Source: Candidatus Poribacteria bacterium
GTDB taxonomy: Bacteria > Poribacteria > WGA-4E > UBA9662
Direction of reading: 5' to 3'
Assembly: GCA_046582655.1 (NCBI GenBank)
Contig: JAYGDX010000259.1
Location: 1-64,000 of the forward strand
Length of the DNA: 64,000 nucleotides
Positions within the stretch are counted from its first letter, which is position 1. Each line of letters starts with the position of its first letter. Position numbers and translations under genes: made by a program. This document shows, piece after piece, positions 10,445-21,141 of this stretch. The notes under the pieces are model-generated. The model saw only the letters and a list, made by a program, of their open reading frames with translations. It searched no databases and was not told the origin of the DNA.

Positions 10445-12346
10445 GTGCCCATGCAACCAAATTTGAACCAATCTACAGACGCTTTGTCAAATAATCAGAT
10501 CATTTACTGGGATGAAGATGATCAGATTTCACACTTGTCACCTCAGGCTAGGCGCGTGGTACAGGTTGCTTGCGAATATGCCGATCGGTTTACTGATCCG
10601 AAAACAGGGATGGTTGAAGGGGATGAGCATCCGGGGCCAGATACTAGATCCAGCTTATACTGTGCTATCGCCTTTCTGCTGAGTGGAGAGCCGAAAAGGA
10701 TCAAAGCCGGCAAAGAACTATTGAAAAAAATTGGTAGCGCCGGAGGACATTTCAACATGATGGCTGAGGCCTTGGCACTTGCTCAAATAGATCCGCTTCT
10801 GGATGACGAAGATCGGAAAAATTTCCATCAGGCAATTCGAGGCTTTATTGATTCAGATGGTGAGGATATTATGGCGGGCAGAAACATCAATATCCCGCTT
10901 GGTAACTGGACCGGACGAATTATAGCAGGTGTCATGTTTGATAGATTGGATCATATTGATAGAGGGATCGAAGCACTTGAAAAGTTAACGGACATGGTTG
11001 CTGCACACGGCACTATCCCTGAATTTAACAGTCCTACCTATCACCCAGTAACGCTAATTTTACTGAGGATCATCTGCTTGTTCGGTGAGAAACGCACCAT
11101 TCATCTGGCCGAGAAATTGGAGCGTCACCTCTGGTCTGAGATGGCGTGGCGATGGCACCCTAGAATTAAGCAGTTGTGTGGTCCATGGAGTCGAGCCTAT
11201 CACGACAGTCTCTTCGGGGGATCGGGTATTGTCTTGATGCTGGCTGACATGATGTGGGGGGCCTTCTATGATAAAGAGGTTGCTTATGATTATGAGCATG
11301 GTCATGATCATGCTTATGGTGGAATTCTCCCATTGTTAGCGCATCGTCATCCGGTTGATGTCAGTGAAATCGCTTTAAGAAAAAAAACGCCAGTTACTAT
11401 CACGGCATCGGCTGAACAGGCGATGGTCAAACTGGGAAACGAAGATGTGTTGACATGGATTCCTGGGGGCATTGCTGATCTAACAACTTGGATGGATGAT
11501 AACCTTTCGGTTGGGACTGCGTCCCAAGCACATGTCCACGGTATGCAAAACGGTAATTATATCGCTCAATGGACGCGAACTGGAAAACCAGTGGAGAAAT
11601 TATCAGATTTGGGACAGGCGTTTGCTCGGTTTGTCCAAAACGGTAAAAGGCCAGGGACAGATGTTAGGAACCTATATCGGAACCATCATCATGGGGGTAA
11701 CTTTGATATTGGCCCCAAACTTTGGGGCGATGATGGCCGTCCCTTTGCCATTCAGTCCGGGCCGACGGCTTTGATCATATATTTACCGAAAAGGCAAGAA
11801 AGGTGGACTGTACAAACGTTAGAAGCGTTTGTGGTTTTTCCCAGATTGAATACTATTGACGATGTAATTGTCAATAGTATTCAATCTGTTGACACCTACC
11901 AAGGGGCAGCCGAAGGCACGGTAGTCGTTCGAAGTGGTCATGCTTCACTGGGTCTTTGTTTCGTTGCCTGCGACCCTGAACTTACGACTCCAAAACTGGT
12001 AATCGAACGCCAAAACGATCATCTTTTTGTCGGATTACGTCTGATTGAGTTTCCGGATATGCGTGAATTGCCCGAATCGACTTACCGTCGTTATGGGGCC
12101 ACGATTGGTGCTGAACTTCGTTATACGCCAAAGGGACAAGACGTTAGGAAATTGATCGAGGATCTGTCTACTGCCCGATTAACTGACCAATGGGAGATGG
12201 CAACCTTTGGTGGACCTCAGGAGGTTGAATTCCAGATTGGTACAACTCAGTTATACGGGCGTTTTGAACCGATCTCAGAAACCTGGTTACGACGGACCGT
12301 CACAGATCCGGTTGGTGATATCCGAAAAATTCAATTTACTAATTAG
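10445..12346 (+). CDS. Uncharacterised protein, possibly helical-toroid plus beta-sandwich (lyase/hydrolase-like)
   Basis: 633-aa intact ORF; EFNSPTY and WHP..QLCGPWSRAY motifs; helical N-half and beta-rich C-half. Confidence 0.6.
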   Translation: MPMQPNLNQSTDALSNNQIIYWDEDDQISHLSPQARRVVQVACEYADRFTDPKTGMVEGDEHPGPDTRSSLYCAIAFLLSGEPKRIKAGKELLKKIGSAGGHFNMMAEALALAQIDPLLDDEDRKNFHQAIRGFIDSDGEDIMAGRNINIPLGNWTGRIIAGVMFDRLDHIDRGIEALEKLTDMVAAHGTIPEFNSPTYHPVTLILLRIICLFGEKRTIHLAEKLERHLWSEMAWRWHPRIKQLCGPWSRAYHDSLFGGSGIVLMLADMMWGAFYDKEVAYDYEHGHDHAYGGILPLLAHRHPVDVSEIALRKKTPVTITASAEQAMVKLGNEDVLTWIPGGIADLTTWMDDNLSVGTASQAHVHGMQNGNYIAQWTRTGKPVEKLSDLGQAFARFVQNGKRPGTDVRNLYRNHHHGGNFDIGPKLWGDDGRPFAIQSGPTALIIYLPKRQERWTVQTLEAFVVFPRLNTIDDVIVNSIQSVDTYQGAAEGTVVVRSGHASLGLCFVACDPELTTPKLVIERQNDHLFVGLRLIEFPDMRELPESTYRRYGATIGAELRYTPKGQDVRKLIEDLSTARLTDQWEMATFGGPQEVEFQIGTTQLYGRFEPISETWLRRTVTDPVGDIRKIQFTN

Positions 12347-12393
12347 AGTTGAGTTACTTATTAACACAATCCCAAGTGTGAAAGGAAGGATTT

Positions 12394-13170
12394 ATGGTAG
12401 ATCAACGTAATATTGTTGGGATCGATGCCCAACAACTATTATCATCGCCGAAGGCCGTTGATTATTCAGGCATGGTACTGATTCCCAGCGGAACCTTTGA
12501 AATGGGCGGTCAAGAGATGGATAACGAACAACCTGTCCATACCGTCGAAATTTCGGCTTTCTACATGGACGTTAGTCCGGTAACTGTTGGGCAGTATAGG
12601 CAGTTCGTTGAAGACACCGGATACAAAACGCCTAATTGGCGTGATATTTTAATCGATTCACCAACCGATGATCATCCAATTATCTATGTAAATTGGCATG
12701 ATGCGATGGCCTATACACAATGGGTGGAGAAGAGGCTGCCGACAGAAGCAGAATGGGAATATGCTGCCCGTGGCGGATTGGATCGAGCTGAGTTTCCACG
12801 GCCAAACTTAGATGAAGATCCGCATAATAGTTCTGAATATGCCAATTATTATGGAACGGTTCGCCAAACGAACATCGGTGGAACTTATCCGGCCAACGGT
12901 TATGGTCTAAATGATATGGCTGGGAATGTTTGGGAATGGTGTTTGGATGCTTATGAGCAGGAATTCTACGCTAAAAGTCCACAACGGAATCCTCTTGCTA
13001 TTGGGGAAGATGAAACAGACGGGAATTTGATAAAACGCATGTATCGTGTGGTACGTGGTGGAAGTTGGAATAACTATTTCGGTGCGCTTCGCGTGGCTTT
13101 TCGTGGATACCAAGATTCTTTACGTGATTACGATTACAATGGATTTCGATGTGTTTGCAGTGTCGTGTAG
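12394..13170 (+). CDS. FGE-sulfatase / SUMF1-fold protein lacking the catalytic Cys pair
   Basis: MVLIPSGTFEMG, RLPTEAEWEYAARGG, NGYGLNDMAGNVWEWC, RGGSW...GFRC. Confidence 0.92.
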   Translation: MVDQRNIVGIDAQQLLSSPKAVDYSGMVLIPSGTFEMGGQEMDNEQPVHTVEISAFYMDVSPVTVGQYRQFVEDTGYKTPNWRDILIDSPTDDHPIIYVNWHDAMAYTQWVEKRLPTEAEWEYAARGGLDRAEFPRPNLDEDPHNSSEYANYYGTVRQTNIGGTYPANGYGLNDMAGNVWEWCLDAYEQEFYAKSPQRNPLAIGEDETDGNLIKRMYRVVRGGSWNNYFGALRVAFRGYQDSLRDYDYNGFRCVCSVV

Positions 13171-13191
13171 ATTAGGAAATTAGGAGGGTGG

Positions 13192-13947
13192 ATGGCCAAT
13201 TCACAGGTTTTATCAACAGATCAAATCAGTTTTTTTAAAGAGAGCGGATACCTAATTCTAGAGAACTGCATTGAACCAGATCTTCTGGCGACTTGGCAGG
13301 AACAGTTCTGGTGGTGTTTAAATTCAAGCTTTGACGATCCGGACAGTTGGCCAACCGATCAAACTTTTATTGGTCGATGGCGTTTTACACCACCTTGTCC
13401 AAACATTAGTGCTGTTCCTATGGTTCAGGCTGCTGCTGATCAATTAAGTGGTGGCAATTTCATCGGTGGAGGTGGTGCCCCAATTATTAAGTGGCCGGAT
13501 TCCGATGGTCAATGGTCGTTACCGAGGAGCAGCCATATTGATGGTTATGGCCCACCCTCCCAGCATCCGGAAGGCGGTTTAGTGCTTGGGGCAACCACCA
13601 ATCTTCATGATGTTGAATCGAAAGGCGGCTGTTTTGTATACTGGCCAGGTAGCCATCTGTCAACATATGATTATCTCGTTCGGCATCCGGAGCAAATTAA
13701 TGGCAGTTTTTTAGATAAGGAAGGTTGGAATTACACCGAATTCTCCAAGGGGTCTACTGATGGACCGACTGAATTTCACGCACCTGCCGGTACCGTCATC
13801 TTATGGCATGGGTTCATGTGTCACAACGGATCGCCGAATGTGAATACAACGCCTCGCATTGGTATCTTTGGCCGCTGGCACTACAAAAAGCTTGAAGAGA
13901 TGCGATATGACATTCTGGACGATCTCTGGAAACACTGGGGCATTTAA
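13192..13947 (+). CDS. Phytanoyl-CoA dioxygenase (PhyH) family Fe(II)/2OG enzyme
   Basis: QISFFKESGYL, HID motif, WPGSH, AGTVILWH...H. Confidence 0.85.
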   Translation: MANSQVLSTDQISFFKESGYLILENCIEPDLLATWQEQFWWCLNSSFDDPDSWPTDQTFIGRWRFTPPCPNISAVPMVQAAADQLSGGNFIGGGGAPIIKWPDSDGQWSLPRSSHIDGYGPPSQHPEGGLVLGATTNLHDVESKGGCFVYWPGSHLSTYDYLVRHPEQINGSFLDKEGWNYTEFSKGSTDGPTEFHAPAGTVILWHGFMCHNGSPNVNTTPRIGIFGRWHYKKLEEMRYDILDDLWKHWGI

Positions 13948-14030
13948 GCTTAAGCTTACAACTATGATTCAAACCAGTTAAACACTGGTCAAAAGCTACT
14001 TCAACAAGATCTCGATTAGGTCTCAGGTTT

Positions 14031-14810
14031 ATGAGTACGCTGTCAAAACAGGAAATTCTTTTTTTTAAAGAAGAAGGCTATTTGGTTAAACGGGATGTCC
14101 TTGATCCTGAACTAATGGCATATGCACGCGAACGCTTATGGGAAGCGGCGCCTTCACAACTGAAGCGTGATCGGCTTGAAACTTGGATTGGCCCATTTGA
14201 AGAAAGGTGTGAAGATAAAATGTCGTATCGATCCGGATACCGGTGGAATTATCGTCAACTTGGTGGTGAACCCTGGATGATTAGACTTCTACCTAAAAAT
14301 CCATCGGTATGGTACATGGCGGAGCAACTATTGGGCAAAGGAATGCTACGTGAACCAGATCGAGTTCGCGGTATTTATTGTACTTTACCCTACGGTGATG
14401 TGCCGAAAAAGCCAAGTGGTTGTCACGTTGATGGACATCCGTTTCATCTTGGTGTCGTTGGCTATATTGACGATGTCCCGCCGGAAGGTGGAGGGTTTAT
14501 GGTCTGGCCGAAAAGTCACCTGAAGTTTTATTATGACTTCCATTCTCAATATAGGACAGAACCAACCGATCAGTATGAAAAAGATCGAGCCTGTTTCAGT
14601 CAACAGGCAGGTGTTGATTGTCATGGTCGAGCTGGAGATATCGTCTTTTGGCATCATCGAGTTGGTCATGCCGCCGGTCATAACTATTCATGTCAGATTC
14701 GACAGGCGGTATTATATGATTTCAGAAAACAGGATATCGAACATACAATGGAGGAATCCCCTTGTCAGAATATGTGGCGAGATTGGGCTGGTGTTGAAAG
14801 GAGTAGTTGA
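14031..14810 (+). CDS. PhyH family Fe(II)/2OG enzyme
   Basis: FFKEEGYLV, HVD motif, WPKSH, AGDIVFWHHRVGHAAGHN. Confidence 0.85.
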   Translation: MSTLSKQEILFFKEEGYLVKRDVLDPELMAYARERLWEAAPSQLKRDRLETWIGPFEERCEDKMSYRSGYRWNYRQLGGEPWMIRLLPKNPSVWYMAEQLLGKGMLREPDRVRGIYCTLPYGDVPKKPSGCHVDGHPFHLGVVGYIDDVPPEGGGFMVWPKSHLKFYYDFHSQYRTEPTDQYEKDRACFSQQAGVDCHGRAGDIVFWHHRVGHAAGHNYSCQIRQAVLYDFRKQDIEHTMEESPCQNMWRDWAGVERSS

Positions 14811-15045
14811 TTCAAGAATCGTTTTTAATTATGTACTAGATGAATTTGATCTGCCGAATTGAATATTCCAGTTCATACTTGTGCTTTATGATAGTGATTC
14901 TTATTTGACAAACTGTTTTTGAATCACCTACTAAGAGCTAGGTGAAAATTTTTGCCTCAAAGATCATCTTAAGCTTCAGTTTGGTATCAGTATCAATAAC
15001 CAGTAGATGAACGTCGAACTTGAAATTATTGGTCATTCCTAAGCA

Positions 15046-15489
15046 ATGCGTGATTACATCCAAAAAATTATAGATCAGGAAATTCCGATTGCCCGAAAAA
15101 TGGGCATCAAGGTCAATTCTTATCTTCCCACCAGAATCGTCCTTGACATTCCTCTTCGGGCTAACAGAAATCATCGGCATACTGCATTTGGCGGCAGTAT
15201 CTATTCCGGGCTAGTTTTGGCCGGTTGGTGCCTTCTCATCGGAAATTTGCAAGCGAATAATTTAGCCGGGGATGTAGTAATCCAGAGAGGGGAGGTTGAA
15301 TATTACAGACCGATAAATGATGATTTTGAAGTGGCTTGTGCTTTGGCTGATATGGACCAAATTTCATCTTTTCTGGATAGATTTTCGCAGAAGGGTAAAG
15401 CCAAAATAATGCTTAATTCCACAATTAGGGTTAGAGATGAGTTACTGGCCGAATTTACGGGCAAATATGTCGCGTTGGCTAACCATTAG
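15046..15489 (+). CDS. Hotdog-fold thioesterase, YiiD C-terminal type
   Basis: EIPIARKMGI, PLRANRNHRHTAFGGSIYS...LAGW. Confidence 0.88.
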   Translation: MRDYIQKIIDQEIPIARKMGIKVNSYLPTRIVLDIPLRANRNHRHTAFGGSIYSGLVLAGWCLLIGNLQANNLAGDVVIQRGEVEYYRPINDDFEVACALADMDQISSFLDRFSQKGKAKIMLNSTIRVRDELLAEFTGKYVALANH

Positions 15490-15659
15490 CTGTCGGTTTT
15501 TTGATACATTTTGATGGAATAACAATTTCCTCTTCAACCCTTCACTCCATTCAATGGAGGTAACTCTAGACAGAACTCGATCTTTGTGTAACTAACATAG
15601 GTCTGATATAAACAATTGGGTGACAAAAATTTCAGCCATGACACCAACCTAAGGGTTTC

Positions 15660-15907
15660 AGGTAGAGCATACTGCTATCCAAATCTCTGATCCAAAGCTA
15701 ATGGAAGGTCAGTTAGGTGTCATCTTGAATAGACTTTGTTGCCAACCTGAGTGCCAGATACAATTTCAAGTTCTTGACCCATCTTTGGTATCTACTTATG
15801 TTTATAAAGGTTACCAATCTTTGTTGGTTGAAGGAGAGAACGTCTGTTTCTATCTTCCTGCCGAAAATGCAATTTTTGTTCCTTTTGATCGATGGATGTT
15901 TAGCTAG
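15660..15907 (+). pseudogene. Possible remnant of an ABC ATPase C-terminal TOBE-like domain
   Basis: Short ORF ending LVEGENVCFYLPAENAIFV; no ATPase domain upstream; weak similarity only. Confidence 0.25.
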
Positions 15908-16218
15908 GAAGGTCGCCCATCTCTATATTATCAGGAAGAGATATCTAACAAAATTTATCATCTGTATTTGACACACTCATTAAGACAGAATTCCTATTAC
16001 TATCAGGTAATTAGCCGCTATGGGGTCAAGGCAAAAGTCTTCATCAGGCACAAGCAGATCCTTTGATGATCGTTTTGATGAAGCTGAGAGAGTGGAACCA
16101 ATTATACCATTCTAAAGTTGTAAAGGGATGTAAAATCGGGCGACCTCAGGTGTGTAATCAGCTCGAACTGAAATTTTCCCTTCTAGGAGTGGTGCTGGAT
16201 AAATAAGGGCGATTATCG

Positions 16219-18216
16219 TTATTCACCCAATGCGTAAACTACAAATTCATGATTTTGATACAGTATGGGAAAGTTAAGTTGGTGCTCCTTACCTACCACG
16301 GCCAATGAAACACCATACTTTTCTCGCAGTTGCTGAAATCGTGCTTCATTGAATGATTGGTAACCGTCAAGTTCTTCCATTCGTGACCACCAAATTTTGG
16401 CATAGCGCTCAGAGAAGACGCAAGGAGCACCGTCCTTCCAGTCACCAACACTGCTTCGGCGGGAGTGGATGCGAAATCCTGTTGTCTTGGGGGGAACGAA
16501 AAATGTTGATTCCACGGGTGTATTCGTCTTACACCACTGTCCCACATCAGCCCAACTACTAGGCGGCAATTTGCCCGGAAGGTTGACGTGATGTATCAGT
16601 TGTCCTCTTATTAGGACCTGATCCAGCTTGCTGGAATTGAGCATCAGAAGTGCTAGAACAGTAGTTAAGATTATACCTCCGGCAGCAAAATTTTCTACCT
16701 TTCTCAAGTTCCTACACTTGGCCAGAAAACCAACTAGCTTAACGAAAATGAGTCCGGCTAACACCAGCCAGAAGATGTTCCAGCTTAACGCCTCAGCAAA
16801 GAATCGGCGAAAAGCCCAGATAACTGATAGCCAGATAACGCTCCCAATGATGAGACTGATCCAAGTGAAAAGAGTCCTTCTCTTCGGGGCAGGGGAAAGG
16901 CGCGCAAAGTGAAAACAGATACACCAGCAGACTAGCGTGACACTTCCTAATATCAACTGATGATGTGATCCACTTGTAAAAAGCGAGGCTACCAGGGCAA
17001 TTATCAATGCGCCAGCCAGCGAACCGACAAACGGGCATGCGACACGAAATGCGAAGTAAAATTTTATCGGCTGGTTGGTAGGTTGGCTGGCTAATGTGCT
17101 AATCGGGGATCTAGACTTTTGATAATGCTGAAACCCCTCCCACAAGAGCCAAGCGGCGTAAATCATTGATAAATTGACAATCAGGTGGAGGCCACGTAGT
17201 ATCTGTAACTGTACGATGAGCGGTAGCGGATACCATTCAACAAATGCACTACCGATGAAGAACAATCCAACGCAGATAACCACCACACCAAATGCCCAGA
17301 AGTTCGTCTGTGGAAAGATCGTGCTGTTTGTATTGGTATGAGTATCAGATGGTCTTCTATGGCGAAAAAAGAGTATAGCTAGCAGAATAACTGTGTAAGC
17401 GACTAGCGATAGAAAGGCCTCGCGATTCCATACAGAAATGAAAATATAGCTATCGCGTTCTTTAATAATCTCTAGCCACTGTGGGTTGGATCGAGAGAAA
17501 GGACTTAAATCGGAGTGGCTAGCACGGTCGATCAGGAAAACGCGAATTACTAGGGGAAGGATACAAACTGTAAACACGCCAAGTGCCTTCGCCGGCAAAC
17601 GCCAGCTCTGACAAAATGTTTCAATTAATAATCTGAATCCTAACAGGGAAATTAGGGGGACCGCCGTAATCGGATGGATCAGGAAAACGACGCCGCAGAT
17701 TATAGCGGCAAGTATAGACCGACCTCGGAAATAGGGGATCAGAAAGGCGACTGCCAAGGGCATTGCTGTTGAGCGGAGAGTAAGGAAGATGTCTTGCGTA
17801 GCCGTGGCTGTTCCTCCAACAGGTTTGGGGATGACAAGAAAAAGCACGGCCAGCGCGGCTGCCCCGCGACTGTTGAAAAGATTCAAGGAAAGATGGTAAA
17901 TCGCCCAAAAAAGCGCAAAACGTGTCAGTATATAACCAAGAAAGAAAATCCATTCCAAGGGAAAGAATCGAGCCAACGTGGCCATAGCCAGTATCCAAAA
18001 ATTGTACTCCCCCGATGGTTCATCGAACAGATAGTCTCTTGGAAAGAGATCTGGGTTCACCAAGCGGTCAATCATCGGGATGTAAAACGCGTGGTCGTTG
18101 AAGCCGTAACGATAACCGTTGACCAGTAACCCGACAGCCGAGATCAGTAGGAGGAATACAATTACCCGAGGTTGTTTTTCGATTCGGATATTATTGGTTT
18201 GAGTTGACATGGTCAT
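16219..18216 (-). CDS. Polytopic membrane protein, DUF6798-like (GT-C-like architecture)
   Basis: GYRYGFNDHAFYIP..DPDLFPRD-type luminal loop, many TM helices, C-terminal WCKTNTP...FRIHSRRS..GDWK domain. Confidence 0.65.
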   Translation of the reverse strand: MTMSTQTNNIRIEKQPRVIVFLLLISAVGLLVNGYRYGFNDHAFYIPMIDRLVNPDLFPRDYLFDEPSGEYNFWILAMATLARFFPLEWIFFLGYILTRFALFWAIYHLSLNLFNSRGAAALAVLFLVIPKPVGGTATATQDIFLTLRSTAMPLAVAFLIPYFRGRSILAAIICGVVFLIHPITAVPLISLLGFRLLIETFCQSWRLPAKALGVFTVCILPLVIRVFLIDRASHSDLSPFSRSNPQWLEIIKERDSYIFISVWNREAFLSLVAYTVILLAILFFRHRRPSDTHTNTNSTIFPQTNFWAFGVVVICVGLFFIGSAFVEWYPLPLIVQLQILRGLHLIVNLSMIYAAWLLWEGFQHYQKSRSPISTLASQPTNQPIKFYFAFRVACPFVGSLAGALIIALVASLFTSGSHHQLILGSVTLVCWCICFHFARLSPAPKRRTLFTWISLIIGSVIWLSVIWAFRRFFAEALSWNIFWLVLAGLIFVKLVGFLAKCRNLRKVENFAAGGIILTTVLALLMLNSSKLDQVLIRGQLIHHVNLPGKLPPSSWADVGQWCKTNTPVESTFFVPPKTTGFRIHSRRSSVGDWKDGAPCVFSERYAKIWWSRMEELDGYQSFNEARFQQLREKYGVSLAVVGKEHQLNFPILYQNHEFVVYALGE

Positions 18217-18389
18217 CCATTGAACTCAGAGCAATCGGGTTGGAAAGTTATCCTCTGTTCGATTCCAATGTTTAAATGTTGTCATTGATTTGTTCCTTTT
18301 TGATCTAATTATTTGTCATCATGGCCGACGAGTGAACAATTGATTCTACAGAATTCTAATTTCTTCTAATCCTTTCAGCCACACGTCTT

Positions 18390-20366
18390 TTATGCACCGG
18401 GTAAAGCATGACGGTAATCTACGCCGGTAAACATCCCAAGAATCGTCCATATTCCAACAATACAATACTCACCTAGTATCAATCCTATAAATAATGGTTT
18501 ATAGCGCCGATAGATGCTGATACCACCAGTTTTCAGTATCACGTACTTCAAAAGCCAGCCTATAAACATCGAAGACCAAAGAAAGTATGAAGAGTAGACT
18601 GCTCCCATCACATATCCAATTGGGTGAAGCTGCCACCAGATAAAATGATGTCGCATCATCAGAAGCAAAGTCGTGATGCCGAACCCTAAAACCATGCTGT
18701 ACACTTCGCCCCATTTTGTTCCCTGCGGATACTGGATTAAGGAAACAATATGGTTGAAGTATCTTGGCGCACCTACAAATGGTCCTCTTTGCAGATTCAG
18801 ACCGCCTTTGTCGTAGACCAAAGGTAAAAAAGCGACATAGGAAACCCCAATTGTAACCAGCATGGCTATTATCATTGCTGCTAACAAATCCCTTCGATTT
18901 AAGCTCACCGGATCGGTAATTTTGAAACCGTGCAGGATATTCGGCATCATAATCTGTCCCCAGTCACGCATCATAACTCTTTGAAATCCTAAGAGCGTTA
19001 AACTGCTAGAGTCTATTTTTCGAGTGCCGACTGTTACTTCGAAATATTCTGAGGGATAAATTGGCGCTTGAATTAGCAGCATACCACCGTTGACCACCAT
19101 CCATGTCAAGGAGGTAGAGATAATGAAAAAGATGATGATAATGCTTAATGCTACCCATAGTGTCATCCCTGCGTATGTACATAGACAGCCGAGTAAAAGA
19201 CAACCACCGATCAACCCTATCAGCGCCAACCGGTAAGATAACGGTTCGCTAGAATCGTCGATCTCGTTACTTCGTAATGACAAGGTTTTTTTCAAAATGT
19301 TTTTGAGATGAGATCTGCTTTTGACCAGGAAAGCGACAGTTAGGACCAGATAGACTGACATGGTCTGACCTCTGGCGGAGATCCAGGGATTAATCGGAAT
19401 CGAGTAAGTATTGATAATGAGATACTGAAGTTTGAAAAACAGAAAGAAAAACCAACAGCTAAACGAGACTTCCAAAGCAAGCAAATAGGTAATGCCGATA
19501 ACAGAAAAGTAGAGAAACAACCTGAACTGGGGCCACCAACCCATTACAATCCATGGTCTTCCGATAAATGGTTTATAGAGGTCGTATCGATTAGGAATAC
19601 GAGGCAGAGCAGGAAAATACTCGTGCAGGCCGTTGAGTATGTGAAAGGTGGCGGCAATCAGAAAACCTATCCACATCAACTTTTTTTTAAACAACATGCT
19701 AAAAAGCTTGTTTTCAGCAGTGGAATAAACCATTTCCGCTGAAACAGACGCCAGTGGAAAGTCGAATCGTTCATGTTCAACCCACTGTTTCCGCAGAATC
19801 ACGGACAAACAAATAGTCACAAAATACAGAATGATGATAAAAATGCTCCAAGCGATAAGCGGTTTGGTCCAAACACTCCACGGAACTGACACATCGCCTT
19901 CGTAAAAATCTTCCACTGCCCTGATATCCCAGACTACCAGCCACTCTGGCAGGTGCGGGTGGAGGACTTCTTTCCATTCGTTCTCTGGTTTTGCAAGATA
20001 AAGAGGTGCCACCAAAAATGGTATCAAGAATCCCATCATCCCTTTAGAGGGAATGGCCGAACTGACCAACAGCATTATCCAGATTGTAATCAACTCTCCG
20101 GGGGTTAGTCTTCCACTTATAGGCATGGCTTTTTTTATAAATGGGTTGATTCCAAAAGTGAGAAAAATCAACACAAATGCTGCTCCTAGAGGAAAATGAC
20201 TGCCGGAGATTTCTGTGCCTTGAATATAATAATCGTTATAGGGCGTAATTGCTGTTTGAACCACGGTGAATCCTAAACCTATGATAATAGCTCTAGGGCT
20301 CACCCTTGAAGTTAGCCGATTTTTCATCTTTCTCAAGTCATACGGAGAGTGAAGTGGACTAGACAT
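18390..20366 (-). CDS. DUF6785/DUF6784-family polytopic membrane protein (putative transporter)
   Basis: RAIIIGL, ILRKQWVEHERFDFPL, WWQLHPIGY, YRRYKPLFIGLILGE. Confidence 0.8.
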   Translation of the reverse strand: MSSPLHSPYDLRKMKNRLTSRVSPRAIIIGLGFTVVQTAITPYNDYYIQGTEISGSHFPLGAAFVLIFLTFGINPFIKKAMPISGRLTPGELITIWIMLLVSSAIPSKGMMGFLIPFLVAPLYLAKPENEWKEVLHPHLPEWLVVWDIRAVEDFYEGDVSVPWSVWTKPLIAWSIFIIILYFVTICLSVILRKQWVEHERFDFPLASVSAEMVYSTAENKLFSMLFKKKLMWIGFLIAATFHILNGLHEYFPALPRIPNRYDLYKPFIGRPWIVMGWWPQFRLFLYFSVIGITYLLALEVSFSCWFFFLFFKLQYLIINTYSIPINPWISARGQTMSVYLVLTVAFLVKSRSHLKNILKKTLSLRSNEIDDSSEPLSYRLALIGLIGGCLLLGCLCTYAGMTLWVALSIIIIFFIISTSLTWMVVNGGMLLIQAPIYPSEYFEVTVGTRKIDSSSLTLLGFQRVMMRDWGQIMMPNILHGFKITDPVSLNRRDLLAAMIIAMLVTIGVSYVAFLPLVYDKGGLNLQRGPFVGAPRYFNHIVSLIQYPQGTKWGEVYSMVLGFGITTLLLMMRHHFIWWQLHPIGYVMGAVYSSYFLWSSMFIGWLLKYVILKTGGISIYRRYKPLFIGLILGEYCIVGIWTILGMFTGVDYRHALPGA

Positions 20367-20437
20367 AAGGTCTCACCGCGTTTTATCTGAACTTGGGCCA
20401 TGATTAAGCTCGATTTTACTGGTGTTCGATTTGTGTT

Positions 20438-20470
20438 GATCAGTGAGCCAAATGATGGAGCTCACTGATC
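20438..20470. repeat. Perfect 11-bp inverted repeat (hairpin or operator)
   Basis: GATCAGTGAGC-N11-GCTCACTGATC. Confidence 0.75.
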
Positions 20471-20520
20471 GGTCTCTCAAGTTTTCTTTGGCGTTTGGTT
20501 TTGACTCACCGTTTTGGTAG

Positions 20521-21015
20521 TCAATGCTGACGTAGTGGATGATCTACTAGCAAAGACCAATCCGGTTGATCTTCCGGATTGTTGAGTGCTCCATGGGCGT
20601 TTCGGATAACTTGGCGTTGATTGTCGTACCAATCGCTGTAACTTGTGGCAGGATGCACATCGTCGTTTCGCATGACTAGTAGTTTTCGGAGTGAGTCATC
20701 TAGTTTTCTCCTGATTTTTCGGACTTTCGGCTTTTGCATCAAATTGTGCATCTGAAGCGGATCGGTTTCTAGATCGTACAATTCTGTCAATCTATCTCTC
20801 CAACGTGTGTAGTTATGATGTGTTGTCCGAACACTATGTCATTCCTAACCATCGACTCAGTAGTTGTGAGTGACACCAAAGTTCATGGTTAAGACAGCTT
20901 CCTGCTCAAACGTGCCTGACCTGCCCAGCCGAGCGTCTGAGAAATCGTATCCTTCGATATTACGCGGAATTGGTAGATCTAAAAAACCATTTAACGATGG
21001 AAACAGATCAAGAGT
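20521..21015 (-). pseudogene. Sulfatase C-terminal remnant
   Basis: One frame reads TLDLFPSL...IEGYDFS...NY*VDG*E*HSVRT...ELYDLETDPLQMHNL with three in-frame stops; N-terminal catalytic part missing. Confidence 0.8.
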
Positions 21016-21141
21016 CATGGAAATAAATTGAAAAGCAATACCATGAGTAACAACACTGCAGATACGTGCATTTTCCTGCCTTTGATCCTCCCAAAACGAG
21101 ATCTTCGATGGATTTCCAGCATCCTTCCCAACGGAAGGGTA

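Noticed and set aside
17848..17875. Cobalamin riboswitch-like GCCCCGCGACTGT
   Set aside because: Antisense within a coding gene; other riboswitch elements absent
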